Assembly: GCA_951406725.2 (NCBI GenBank)
Contig: OX597815.1
Coordinates: 16,244,001-16,308,000, forward strand
Source of the DNA: Octopus vulgaris
Lineage: Eukaryota
DNA: 64,000 nucleotides
Reading direction: 5' to 3'
Below are positions 27,909-42,100 of this stretch, one piece after another. Under the pieces are notes generated by a model, which did no database searches, was not told the DNA's origin, and saw only the letters and a list, made by a program, of their open reading frames with translations. The translations under genes and the position numbers were made by a program. Position 1 is the stretch's first letter; each line of letters opens with the position of its first letter.

Positions 27909-29329
27909 CAACAACAACCTCCTCCTCCTCCTCATCGTCGTCATCGTCATCATCATCATCGAAAAATACCTTAGGAATGAGAACCCAGGTTTGAAGTTTC
28001 TCCAAGACACCTGAGGAAGGCTGGAAGGTACATCAGCCGAAACGTTGTGTTAACAACAAACAAGATGAGGACAAATATCCATTGGATGTAAATAATGTAT
28101 TGAATTGTTTAATTGATAGATTCTGTGTGTAACCCTTGGTCAGCCATGATTGAGCAGGTCTGATCAAAAGCATTTCTATCATCATTATCTTGCCTTTCTC
28201 CTAGGCGCAGTGCATCCAGAACCATCTTATCCAATATGTCATTCTTGTTTAAGGCTTTGATTTGCAGGTGACTTGACTTATTTCTTGCAAGCTGTGTTAT
28301 TATGCAGAGGATCCCTCATTCATATGGCTTCTTTCAAATTAACTGAACTGGAGCAACAAGTGAAAAGTGACTGCCAAGATGACATCCCTGTTTGGCTGTG
28401 CTTTTAGAATAATAGACAATTAACCAAAGGCGAGGAAGATGTAGGAGTCAGTAGTTCACATCCATCCTGTCACTGGCAATATTTCGTGTCTGTGTTGAAG
28501 ACATTTAACTGTCAATGCCCCAATCACAGGAGTACGTATCACATCATAATGTTTTGCTGTTGTAAGCAGTTATAGCAAAGTAAATCAGATAAGTGTTTCT
28601 AAAGCCCATGATGAAGAATTCGTGTTTTCTTGTCGGATTGGGACCATGATACAAACACTAACAAATTAGACCAGCAGACTAACTTGAAATTTTATCATTG
28701 TTTCAAAAATATTTTGAAGGGTGCAAGTTCAGTTACAATGATATATATATACATATACATACATACATATATATATATATACAAACATATATACATATAT
28801 ATATATATATATATATCATCATCATTATCATCATTTAACGTCCGTTTTCCATGCTAGCATGGGTTGGACGGTTCGACCGGGGTCTGGGAAGCCAGGGGCC
28901 GCTCCAGGCTCCAGTCTGATTCTGGCAGAGTTTCTACGGCTGGATGCCCTTCCTAACGCCAACCACTCCGTGAGTGGATTGGGTGCTTTTTACGTGCCAC
29001 CTGCACAGGGGCCGGGGGGTCCGGCATCGGTCACGATCGGTTCGAGCTTTTAACGTGCCAGGGACACGGGGGCAACGGGATGCAGTGGGGTAGAGTTGAG
29101 TTGGGGGGGGGGGTCCAGCTGAGAAAGGTTTCACCAGTGAAAAGAGAGGGAGAGATAGTAAAGGGGTGCAGGTAATATATATACACACTCAGTGACACCA
29201 GAATGGACAGAGAGCTAAAATTCTTAGAACTCCCCAGGGGGTCCAACAGGCCAAAGGAAATCCTTCTTCTTCTTCTTCTTCCCTCTCCCCTCCCCCTTTC
29301 CCCCTTTCTCTCTTTAGCCTCAGATACAA

Positions 29330-29371
<42 letters not shown>

Positions 29372-29613
29372 TCTCTCTCTCACTTCCTCCTCATCTACCT
29401 CACCCTCTTATACTATCTTGTTCCTCCTCACTACTACGAAACTCTATAAAATGACCAAATTCCCCACAAAGGAATTGATTTGATTTGAAAACCCCACTGG
29501 AATGGGAGAAAGCACTAATAATCTGAATGATATAATATATATATGTAAAAAATGTAATATATAAATAAATATCTATAAATATGAACCATCCGATCTTCTG
29601 ATTACCTCATTTC

Positions 29614-29651
<38 letters not shown>

Positions 29652-30075
29652 GCACCCACTACACTCACGGAGTGGTTGGCGTTAGGAAGGGCATCCAGCC
29701 GTAGAAACACTGCCACATTTGACTGGGCCTGATGAAGCCTTCTGGCTTCACAGACCCCAGTAGAACCATCCAACTCATGCTAGCATGGAAAACGGACGCT
29801 AAACGATGATGATGATGATGATGATGATATACACACAATTTAAAAATAGGATAAAATCTTCATAAGAATTTATCAAGTAGTTAGAGTGAAAAACCTCATA
29901 AAAACCATCAATTTTTTTCTTTTAAATTTATTTATTTATATTATATAGAGGGCACTATTATACATAGATGCCTCATGCTAGGAAGGACTCTTAAAGTTAA
30001 AACTACTAAAATTTTAGTAGTTTTGACTTTAAGAGTCCCTCCTAGTGTGAGGCATCTATGTGTAATAATGCCCTC

Positions 30076-30162
<87 letters not shown>

Positions 30163-33100
30163 TAGAGACAAAGATGCTTACTTATCAGGTTTTTCATCTA
30201 GACAGAGCAGTAACTGGACAATAAAGTCAGAAACATTCTTCTTCAAACAGTTTTCAATATCCTGAAAGAAAGAAAATAGCAAAGAGAGAACAGTTGGAAT
30301 GCCAGGAAACCTTGCGACAGACCACATATTGGACAGACACATTCTAAAATTTATCTCCTTAGCAGCATGTAACTTTGATAGACAGTTCCATTCTAAACTG
30401 TGTACCTCTGTTAGTCAATTCCCCCACCTGTATCAATGATGGATACTCATTCTTCTCCATGTCTAGCCTTTACTCTATTATGACAATTGCTGCCTGAGAG
30501 TGCTTCTTATCACAGACTGATGAAAACAATCCATCCCACGTTATCATTATATAAAGCACACTTGGCTTTTAAATCTGCAATTGAACCCAGAGCTGTGTCA
30601 AGACAGCAAAGCAGGCGACTGATAGTCTATATGCAGCTCTGTCCCCTCAAATATCTCACACAACAAATTCCAACAACACCAATCACCTACTACTACTACT
30701 ACCACCAGCAACAACTGGGAGATATTTGCTTTCACTACACATCATTAAAACTGATATGATTTTTCTTCATTAAGATACTTTAGTCTTAATCCACTGCCCA
30801 CCATCTGTAAGCTGGAATAACTCACATTAGAGAACTGTTCACATATATACAAAAGTGCTATTTTCTCTCTCTCTCTCACACACACATTTTCATGAACATA
30901 CTCTAACTACTCTGTGTCTTATACAAAACAGCCTATGCTTGTCTCATCTACAATTTTTGCCAAACTGTCCAATGCCTCCATTTCTCTTCCTCTTATAGTT
31001 TTTTTTTTATAAGCACCTGATTCTTTCTCTCTGTAGCAAGTAGCAATTTTTAACCCTTTAGCATTTAAACTGGCCATATCCGGCCAAAAGTATTCTGCCT
31101 GTTTTATGTTCAAACTGGCCAGATCTGGTCTCTCACACCAACCCTACAATATCATCTTAAAAATTAACATCTACCTCATCAAAATCTCATAGCTACAAGA
31201 TAATGCATGATTAGTTCAAAACAATGTGGATAAAGAAGCATTAATTTTGGCAGAATAATGCGAACACTAAAGGGTTAAATAAGGCGCCAATTGGTGGTAG
31301 CTGGCAATATGACGTAATGTCGTATTGCCGAAGAAATACTATTGTCGTTTTTCCATTGGTTAATATAACTGCTCATATAGGAATACTAAGAGCTACTTAA
31401 AGAATATTTGTATGTAATTTCGATTCTTTAAAGTCAGTTGAGCAGTTATAAAAACCCTGGATTTTGGGAAAAACTTCAGTGTTTGTTGGATGTAACTAAA
31501 CTCCACGACACTCACTCCTTTGAGACATTGGTGATTTTTCATGCCATGTCCAAGGAAAATCCAACATCTCAAAAGCTATCACACTACTCTGGTCATCTTT
31601 TCTCTCCAAGTATCCAACAGGAATTGGATATCTGGAGACTATCTGGAGAGGATCTCTGGATTCATTTGCATACAGGAATATAAGCTGAACAGCCTCCAAA
31701 TCAATATCATCAGGCTGTGAATGATGGGGAAGGGTGAGGGTGGGACAAAAGGCCATGGCTAGTTTTTGTCCTGGCTAACAGACTAAACTACGTAAGAGAG
31801 GCAGATACATTAGGTAGACAAAGCCTAATCATATTTTCAGACAGACAGAACTCAATGAACAGGTACATTGGCTGCAGTGGACAGCTCAGTAGACCTCAAT
31901 GAGGAAACAGATGCACTAAATTGCAAGCAGAAAGACTGACCATACAAAAGACAAATATACAAAATATTAGCAATACATTAAATCTCTAGAAAAGGACATT
32001 TCAACAGTGTTGTGACCTCACTGGTAGCAATAAGAAAGCAAAACAGGTAAACTTACCTCCTCGGTAAAATACTGAAGTAAAGTTTGATAGTTCATCTTAG
32101 CTTGAGATATTTTATCTTTAACTTTGTCTTCTACAGTTTCAGTAATCTCCAGCACTGCTAAATATGGCAAAATGTGTACCAGCAGTGTTACTAGGCATTC
32201 CTGAAGATGTAAAGGGAACCATCTTTCGCCAAGTAAGTGGGCAAGGCTTTCCTGTATACCAGCCTCAGCTCTTACCACTGCCACCAGTGGTAGACAGACT
32301 GATGTATATTTTCTGGAATGGAGACATATTAGGATATAAGTGATACACACACACACATACAAGTTTATATAATTTGTTTCTATGTACGTTACACTGCTAT
32401 GGTTGACTGGAACTCTGCATTGGATATTCTAAGTGCACCCGCCCCACCACCTGTACCAGAAGTCTCTATCCTCTGACTTCTATCAGATATCTTTCCCATG
32501 AACTCCTCCAAAGGTTTAATGTTCCCCCATCCCTACTTAGGGTTTATCTCCTATGTAATGTAGTGATTATGTAGCACATAAAATTATGGTATAGTGTATG
32601 CAGGTTGAAGGCTATTGTATGTTTATGAGTTCTGCCAAATGCGAGCTTTCTTTTCACGTACATGACGCTGCAGTCCCCCATCCCAGGGTCTCGTGGGGCC
32701 AGACCTTCCACACCCTCAGAGCTGGCACACTTAATGTTGGCACATTGAAAGGTAGGTCTGGCGAGACTGTTGAGATGCTTGAATGGAGACGTGTAGATTT
32801 GTGCTGCATCCAAGAAGTAAGGTGGGGAGGAAATTCTGCTAGGTTCCTCACACACAAAGAACATGGGTATAAGATTTTCTGGGCAGGGAACACTGACAGG
32901 TTCAGGGGCATGAGTATACTTCTTGCAGAGAAATGGGTTGATAAGGTAATCAAGGAAGCCAGAGTCTATGATAGAATACTTAAAGATTAGATTGGTGCTG
33001 CAACATGGATTAGCAACCATTATCTCAGCTTATGTCCCTCAGCCAGGGCTACCTGATGAACAGAAAGACAGATTTTATGACACCCTCTTGCAGACTACCT

Positions 33101-36100
33101 TGTCGACGAATGACAGGGACCTTCTCTTTGTGGCTGGTGACTTCAATGGGCATGTTGGACAACATGCGGGGGGCTTCTCTTTATTCTTGAAAGTTACAAG
33201 GTAACCTCACTAGTGGTGGAGACATGAAAAGGCATCCAGTAAACATTGTAAAGTAGTGGCATTAGGAAGGGCATCTAGCTGTAAAAGGGATCATGCCAAA
33301 ACTGAGTCATTGGAGCAAGATGTAGACCTCTAGGCAGTTGGATGCTGTTGAACCATCCAACCCAAACAAACATGGAAAGCAGATGTGAAATAATGATAAT
33401 TATATATTACTCTCTTTTACATGTTTCAGTCATTTGACTGCGGCCATGCTGGAGCACCGCCTTTAGTTGAGCAACTCGACCCTGGGACTTATTCTTTGTA
33501 AGCCTAGTACTTATTCTATCAGTCTCTTTTGCCGAACCGCTAAGTGACAGGGACGTAAACACACCAGTATCAGTTGTCAAGCAATGCTAGGGAGACAAAC
33601 ACAGACACACAAACATACACGCACACATATATATATATATACATATATACGACAGGCTTCTTTCAGTTTCCGTCTACCAAATCCACTCACAAGGCATTGG
33701 TCGGCCCGGGGCTATAGCAGAAGACACTTGCCCAAGATGCCACGCAGTGGGACTGAACCCGGAACCATGTGGTTGGTTAGCAAGCTACTTACCACACTTA
33801 CTTATATATATATATATATATATAAATGTGTATATTGTGTGTGTGTGTGTGGTAAGTGAAGTATCAAAGACATTTCAGCTGCAACTATCCCACCTTATCT
33901 TCTTCACAAATAGTATATCTAAGACAACAGTATTTAACATGTCTTTCTTTAGAAGAGTAATGCTATTTCTAGTAGGTTGCGTGGCTAATTAGCATGGTAA
34001 ACTTCAGCATACGTAAAGAAATGTTTTGTTTACTGTTTCTTTCTATAAAAAGAGGCGTTCCTATCTAACTCTTCCCTGGCAAAAAGTTCTGTCACTTAGG
34101 AGGTGAAATGTAACCAAAACACCAGTGTCTGATAGTCCTTTCACATCACTGGTATAACATTAGGGTAAACTTACGTGTAGAAGTCTACTTCTGAAGAGCA
34201 CTCAAGGAGTTGATAGGGAAACTGTCTGATAGGAAGGTCATCATTTAACCACTTGTTTACCAAGAATGGTAAGTGAATAACCATTAAATCTTGCAAAGAT
34301 TTGTGCTTCAGACGTATTGCTGAAAGGGTGAGCACCTGGAAAGGAAACAAAGTAAATACATTAAAATAGCTCCCTAAATATATTGGTAAGTTATGAAAAG
34401 GTTGTACTTCGCCAAAGCGTCTGAAATAAGAAGAAATACATCTGTGCTTGCTGGTGAAAATTATACTGACTATTCAACAATAACATTTCTCTTTACTCCA
34501 TGCCTGAATACACTTTAAGATATATTAATGCTCTAATTAAGTATTATTTCCTCTGTGTATGTGTTCAATAGATATGCATGTGATACTTGCAGTACTGCTC
34601 ATGAGTCTAACTATGTAATATCATAAGTTAGCATTACAGAATAGTAGTTGCTTATTTTCATTTGTATCTGGTTTACATTTTTGATTCCTTGCTGTTTGTA
34701 TCTCACTTGATCTCCTCTGTTAATGTCCCAGGGAAAGGACATGAGATTTAGAGCTGATATTTTCTCTTAGGAATCCTAGGTTTAAATTTGCCTGGAGTGT
34801 TCTTTCTCTACAGATGGTGTGACATTAGAGTAAGCTACATTGAAGTCTGGATACATCAAAGCAAGCTACATCAGAGCCTAGCTGTGATATTACAAGACAT
34901 ATTATGACACCATATCAATTTACAGCCAAACCTGGATATACTACTAAGGGAAGTACATACATTTGATATCAGCATCAATACTACAGTATACAACTCTGCA
35001 ATTTCAGGGAATTTTCATGACAGTCTATTAAAATATCGAAACCATCAAAGTAGTATCTTCAGAGGAAATATATAACACCTGAACAGCTGACTGATGTATT
35101 ACAAGATCTTATATATCCTACAGTGGCAAGCTGGCAGAAACGTTAGCACACCGGGCAAAATGCATAGCAGTATTTCGTCTGCCGTTACGTTCTGAGTTCA
35201 AATTCCGCCGATGTCGACTTTGCCTTTCATCTTTTCGGGGTTGATAAATTAAGTACCAGTTACGCACTGGGGTTGATATAATCGACTTAATCCCTTTCTC
35301 TGTCCTTGTTTGTCCTCTCTGTGTTTAGCCCCTTGCAGGCAGTAAAGAAATATATAGCCTACAATCAAGTACAACTTTTATATCTTGGTAAAGGTATACC
35401 CAGGAAGACATGGGACAAAGTGGTGAAGCATTATTTTCCAATGTTTGCCCTCACAGAAGCAATGACTAGTGACTGAGACCTTTGGTGATATACTGTGATT
35501 GAGAAGACCTGTCAAGCCAAGTCAAATAGTAGTCATGGCTGATGTTGTTGTCATGTAACTGGTATCCATGCTAGTGGCATGTAAAAAGCTCCTTTCAAGT
35601 GTTGGGCCTCACAGAGGCAATGACCAAAACCTTTGCCATTATGTTGTGCTTGAGAAGAAGACCCATCAAGCCGAGTAAAATCATAGTACTGGCAGATACT
35701 AGTGTTGTGTCGGTGGCACGTAAAAGCACCCATTACACTCTTGGAATGGTTGGCATTAGGAAGGGCATCCAGCTGTAGAAACCATGCCAAATCAGGCTAG
35801 AGTCTGGTACAGCCTTCCAGCTTGTCAACCCTGGTCAAACCATCCAATCCATGCTAGCATGGACAACAAATGTTAAAAGATGATGGTGATGAAGGCATCT
35901 TCACCAAAAACTGGCATCCTCGTTCATATTCAGAAGCAAGTCTTCTACCAAAGCAATACACTGTCTCTTTTTCAAAATCTTTAATCCAGGTTAAATAGTG
36001 TGCAATCCTTGCTCTCATATTTGTATGTTATTCCAAAAGGTCCAACATCTCCAAACATGCTGAATGGACCTCTCAATATAATTATACCTATGTATACATC

Positions 36101-39100
36101 ACCACTCTCCCTAAACTCTACTTCTAACATAACCCAGGTGATTCTCTATAAAGACTACTGCATTATGAAAGTCTTTCTCCTCTTCTGTTTTCATGCTAAC
36201 ACTACACTCCTTATGATCTGAAATCTCATATGTACTTGTATTACTTTTTCCAATTCTGAACTAAGATGTTTAACCCCAAGACAATGGATAATGTCCCTTC
36301 ATACACCTCAAATATTATTCTCACCTCCACCTGCCATACAAATATAGGAAACATAAATATTGCCAAAATGATGAGTATGTGGAAGAGAGTGAATGAATAA
36401 GGATATGAAACTGGGATATATCAAATACTTCCATTATATTGGACTTCTATAACAGAGACATTTCCTTAAACGAACTCCCATAATACTGGATGGATCTTTT
36501 CACTTTGACCGGCAGATTTTAAAAATAATTTCTTTGTAACTAAACACTTTCAAACTTCGTATACTGGTAGAATGTGTTACATAACACATCTTTTTCTCTT
36601 GGCTTTCTTGAGAAAATTCTGTAGTTTGTAAGCTATTTGTTGTTTAATTTCTTGCATTTCGGCAATTTCAACCAATCAATGACGTCTATTGAGGTGAATA
36701 CAATTACTGCTGTAGTTTGTCAACAATAATTTCCTGCGGTGTCTACTCAGTTTGTCACTGCCAGTCAAAGTGAAAAGATCCTACTGGATTCTCATTACAC
36801 TGGTTCCTTGTTCTTTCAATGTGGCCACTGAACCGTTAACCATTAAAAAGTTAAGTAGACCAAATTATATACATGTAAAACATATTGTGATCTTGATGTG
36901 ATATACCTCGAGTTCTTGGTAGCATGAATTTATTTAAGCTCTCATCAGACCCTCTCTAACACTTCATCTCTCTCCATATAAACGGCAGTTTGTCTGTCTG
37001 TGTGTCTGTCAGGTTGTACTCTCACCCTGACCACGACTTTCAACCGATTCTGATGAAACTTGACACACACATAGCCCAATGTCATAATTCAAAACTAACG
37101 CAGCGAAAATCTCGACAGCTAGGGACAGCTAGGAACATCGTATACACAGAAGTATTCGAGTGAAGGGAAGACATTGCAACCTACACATGCGCCTTCGTTC
37201 CCTAGAGGGAAAGGACTAGATTGGGATTAGTCGTTGCCTACTAGGGGCTCTTACATACCCGGGCAACGCCGGGCTATGCTGCTAGTAACCATATAAATAA
37301 TGATCCTTACACAAAAGTATATGGTGCTAGTTTGACAATTGTCAAGAAATTACAAACCTATCAAACACAACTTGGAAACACTAACCCACTCACACAAACT
37401 CATACATACACATAAATGCAAACACACAGCCAGAAGTTGTCTACATATCTGTGAGGAAGAATGTGTCATCAGGAAAGATCAAGAAACTGAAGGTGAAGAA
37501 GAAGAAGGGCATTATGAAATCTGAGTTATGGTACTGTAGGTGACAATGAAAGAATAGTAATAAAGGTGAGAGTGATATAAAAAAAAAATAAGGTAAGAAA
37601 CATGTTAGGTCTCACCTTTTTAACAAAATCCACTGAAATATTTTCTGACTGGGAGCAGCAAATATAAATAGCTTTTCGCTCATACAGTGGGCAATTGCAG
37701 ATAATAGTTGACATAGCCAGAAGAAAACTGGATGTGCGAGACAGCTGCACACATTGGTTAGAATCCTGTAAGAATGAGACAATTGTAGAGACTTGCATGA
37801 AACTTAATCCTTGTTTCATTGAGTTTATTAATCTAAGAGGTAACTTGGTTGGGTTGAGATTCCTGCTACTTCTCACTAGTAATACTATCATTATATTATA
37901 AGCATTAAAAAGGTCTTCTGGTTTTACACAACACTGTACTGTAGATAATGGCTAAAAACAGCCTGCAGAGAAGCAGACAAACTTTACACCATGAATGTGC
38001 CACAAGTTAATCCAAAGATCTAGTCTACAGCAAGGAAACATTTCTAATAATAATATAAAATAAAAATATGATTGTATCAAGAAAACAAAACAGACCCCTT
38101 GGTGTATGTGTGTGTGTGTATATATATTTTCTTATAGTATTATAGTCAAAATGGACAGGAAGTTCCATGACTTAACTTTCTGTTCACAGAATTAATGTCT
38201 AAGCAGATGGGCATTTCATAGACAGGTGTACTGTTAATGTATTCCTCAAGCAAAATTAGTGCAACCCAGTGTGTGAACTATAGGTGAAGTGCTTACATAG
38301 GACTTCTGCACAGTTTCTGTCTATCCAATTTCACTCACAAGTGTCTATAATAGTCATAGTAAAGAACCATAACCTTCATATGGTGATATGATCAAGTTTT
38401 CTCTGTGACAGTTGTGTAATGGTAGGGTTGTAGGATGGTTCATAGTGGTTAGATGTGTTGACACATGATGGTAGTAAATGGTAGCTAGAGTAGTAGGTGA
38501 TGGTGGTATGAATATGTAATAATAGTGAATGGTGGCTAGAGTAAAGGTAGATGGTGGTGGTATAGACAAGTGACAGTGGTGGATGGTAGAGGTAAATGAT
38601 GATGGGACATGTAATGCTGAATCAAAATTTTAAGATTTTGCATTCTTGATAAACCCTATGTAACTTCATTTAAATTCTTAATCAGAAATGTTCTATTTAT
38701 AATAAGTGAATTTCTTTGGAGAAAACATGAATATATTTCCACTTCTATCTCCACTATAAGAACATATGTGTTTATGTCATCATCATCATTTAACATCTAC
38801 TTTCCATGCTGGCATGGGTTGGACGATTTTGACTGAGGGCTGGCGAACCAGATGGCTGCACCAGGCTCCAATCTTGATCTGGCAGAGTTTCTACAGCTGG
38901 ATGCCCTTCCTAACGCCAACCACTCCGAGAGTGTAGTGGGTACTTTTATGCGCCATCAGCATGGGGCCAGACAGGCGGTACTGGCAATGACCTCGCTTGA
39001 ATCTTTTACACATGCCACCAGCACAGGCGCCAGTAAGGCGACACTGGTAACGATCATGCTTGAATGGTGCCTTTTACGTGCCACCGGCATGGAAGCCAGT

Positions 39101-42100
39101 TAGCCGCTCTGGCATTGATCACACTCGGATGGTGCTCTTGGCACCCTACTAGCACGGGCAGTAAGTGCCAGTAAGGTGATGCTGGTAATGATCACACTCG
39201 AATGGTGCCTTTTATGTGCCACTGGCATGGAAGCCTGTTAGCCGCTCTGTCAACGATCATACTCATATGGTGCTCTTTGCACCCCGCTAGCACGGATGCC
39301 AATAATTATATTTGGTGTACATAAATATAATACTTTAGAATGTGTCATTGAGCAGGACACTTTATTCCATGTTGCTCCAGTCCACTCAGCTGGCAAAAAT
39401 GAGTGGTACCTATATTTCAAATGGTCAGTCTTGTCACACTGAATTTCCTGAAGAACTGTGTTAACCCTTTAGTGTTTAAACCGGCCACATCTGGCCAGAA
39501 TATTATCCTTCTTTTATGTTCAAACTTATGATATTCAGCCTCTCATACCTACCCAACAATGTCATTCTAAAAATAAATAATCACATCATCGAAATCTTGA
39601 AGCTATGAGACAAGGCACAGTTAATTCAAAACAATGTGAATAAATAAGTATTACATTTGACAAAGTAATCCGAACACTAATGGGTTAAAGGTATGCATGT
39701 CTGTGGGGTGCTCTGCCACTTGTATATTAATTTCACAAGCAGGCTGTTCCACTAACCAGATCAACTGGAACATTTATTGTATCATCCAATGGAGTGCCAG
39801 TTAGTGAGTGTATAACTCCACTTAATTCAGCAGCATTAAGATGGCCCATAGCTGCTTTAATCATTTATGTATAATTACTGAATGTGTATACCTCTCAAAC
39901 TCATGCACATGAATGATATGAAATGCTGAATAATTTTCTTTTTTACCAGAACAGTCAAATTTTCTTCAGAGTATTTATAAACTTCACGGAAGGACGATTC
40001 CTGCTGGTTTTGACTGAGGTAGCAGTTTCTTCCAGTTTTGTCTTCAGTTCGAAACAGGCTGCAATCAGAATACCACTGGTATGAATAATAACTTTTAGGA
40101 TTCGCTACATTTGAGGACAAACACAGTATCATAGAAATGAACAGAGTTGGAATTTGTTAAGACTAACCTCGACACTTCCATTAATAAGGCCCATTGAGTA
40201 GATTTTCTAAGAGAGGGCTCCAGCAATTTTAATAATACCAAAACATAAAACTTAACTATCTGAAGGTGGAAGACAAATCATACCTCTACACAAATAACTA
40301 GTAAATTCTAGGTCTCCTACATTTTGAAGAAAGGAACCACCCGAACCACCCCATATAACCATCACAAAGAAGCCTTATACGATGGCAATATAAAAAATTA
40401 CAATGCTACAGAAAGAACTAAAGAAAAGGACATTATAACTATCTTTTCTGTATATATACATCATCATCATCGTTTAACATCCGTTTTCTGTGCTAGCATG
40501 AGTTGGATGGTTCGACCGGGGTCTGGGAAGCCAGGAGGCTGCACCAGGCTCCAGTCTGATCTGGCAGTGTTTCTACAGCTGGATGCCCTTCCTAACGCCA
40601 ACCACTCCGTGAGTGTAGTGGGTGCTTTTTACGTGCCACCGGCACAGGGGCTAGGCGAGGCTAGCAGCAGCCACGATCGGTTTGTGCTTTTTATGTGCCA
40701 CTGGCACAGAATCCAGTCAAGACAGCGCTGGCATCGGCCACATTCGGATGGTGCTTTTTACGTGCCACCGGCACAGGGATCACAACTACAATTTCCATTT
40801 GATATTTATTTTTATGTTTTTGCAAAATAATATTTAAAATGATTTAATATTTTCATCTGAAACCATGTACATGTGATCAAGTAGAAACTGAAATCATGAA
40901 CTTTTATTTCCCAAAATACCTGTGGCATAGAGTGGAAAAGAGTATAAAAATCATCCTTTCTCTCACCACCTCCTGTAAATAATTTAAAGCAATTGCAGCT
41001 GTAGATACAGGAATGCTGTTCCCTGTAAATAGTTAAACATATTTAAAGCTTTACGTACAGCAATGTAGTCTCCTATTAATTACATCAGATAATCCAAAAT
41101 AAAGGAGCCTCCTAATTATTGATTGATCCATTCCAAATCATTATCATCATCATCATCATCATTTAACATCCGTTTTCCATGCTGGCATGGGTTGGATGGT
41201 TCAACCAGGGTCTGGGAAGCCAAGAGGCTGCACCAGGCTCCAGTCTGATCTGGCAGACTTTCTACAGCTGGATGCCCTTCCTAACGCCAACCACTCCGTG
41301 AGTGTAGTGGGTGCTTTTTACGTGCCACTGGCACAGGTGCCAGATGAGGCTGGCAACGGCCACGATCGGTCGGTGCTTTTTATGTGCCACCGGCATGGAA
41401 CCCAGTCAAGGTAGGGCTGGCATCAGCCACATATAGATGGCACTTTTTACATGCCACCGGCACAGGTGCTAGGGGAGGCTGGCAACGGCCATGATTGCTT
41501 GGCCAAATACCACTCAAATCACATGATGACACCTTAAAACAGGAAAAGCACATTATGCTTTGTAGCCCATAGTATACAGTTGAGGTGATCATTGTTGGAA
41601 TGCTATTGCTCATAAATATGGTTCCATCGGAGATGGTTTGGGAGCTAAACAGCAACAATGGTGGAACTCTTAGCACGTTAAGATGTGAAATATTCTTTAC
41701 TCAAAGACTGTATATCAGACACCACACACAAATACATACATTGACAAACAAATACACACAGCAAACTCACAAGAAACACATATAACAAAGAGGTAGCACA
41801 AACCAGGTAATATTGGAGGCACAGAAATATCGTATATGAAAACAAGGATCAGTTAAAAAGGTAGGGAAAAATTTCCACAAGGGGTCACCGGTATCATCAG
41901 TAGAGTCCACAGCCCATTTACCTTCTGGGTCAATCTGGAAGATAAAAAAAAGGTAAAGATACACACATAAGGACTTGTTAAATGACAAACTACACAAACT
42001 GAGAATACATAGGGGTCAGCCCTTGAGGTTACTTCTGCAGCATAGTAATCCATCTATATAAAAGAAGATGAAGATGTTTAATGGGACCGAAAAAGAATAT

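Noticed and set aside
27848-27960. PolyQ/polyA-like coding trinucleotide tract
   Set aside because: It lies inside the SINE linker and lacks splice-compatible boundaries.
31438-31756. Overlapping short ORFs (81 aa +, 86 aa -)
   Set aside because: No recognisable homology, and ATM exons w19 and w20 join in frame without them.
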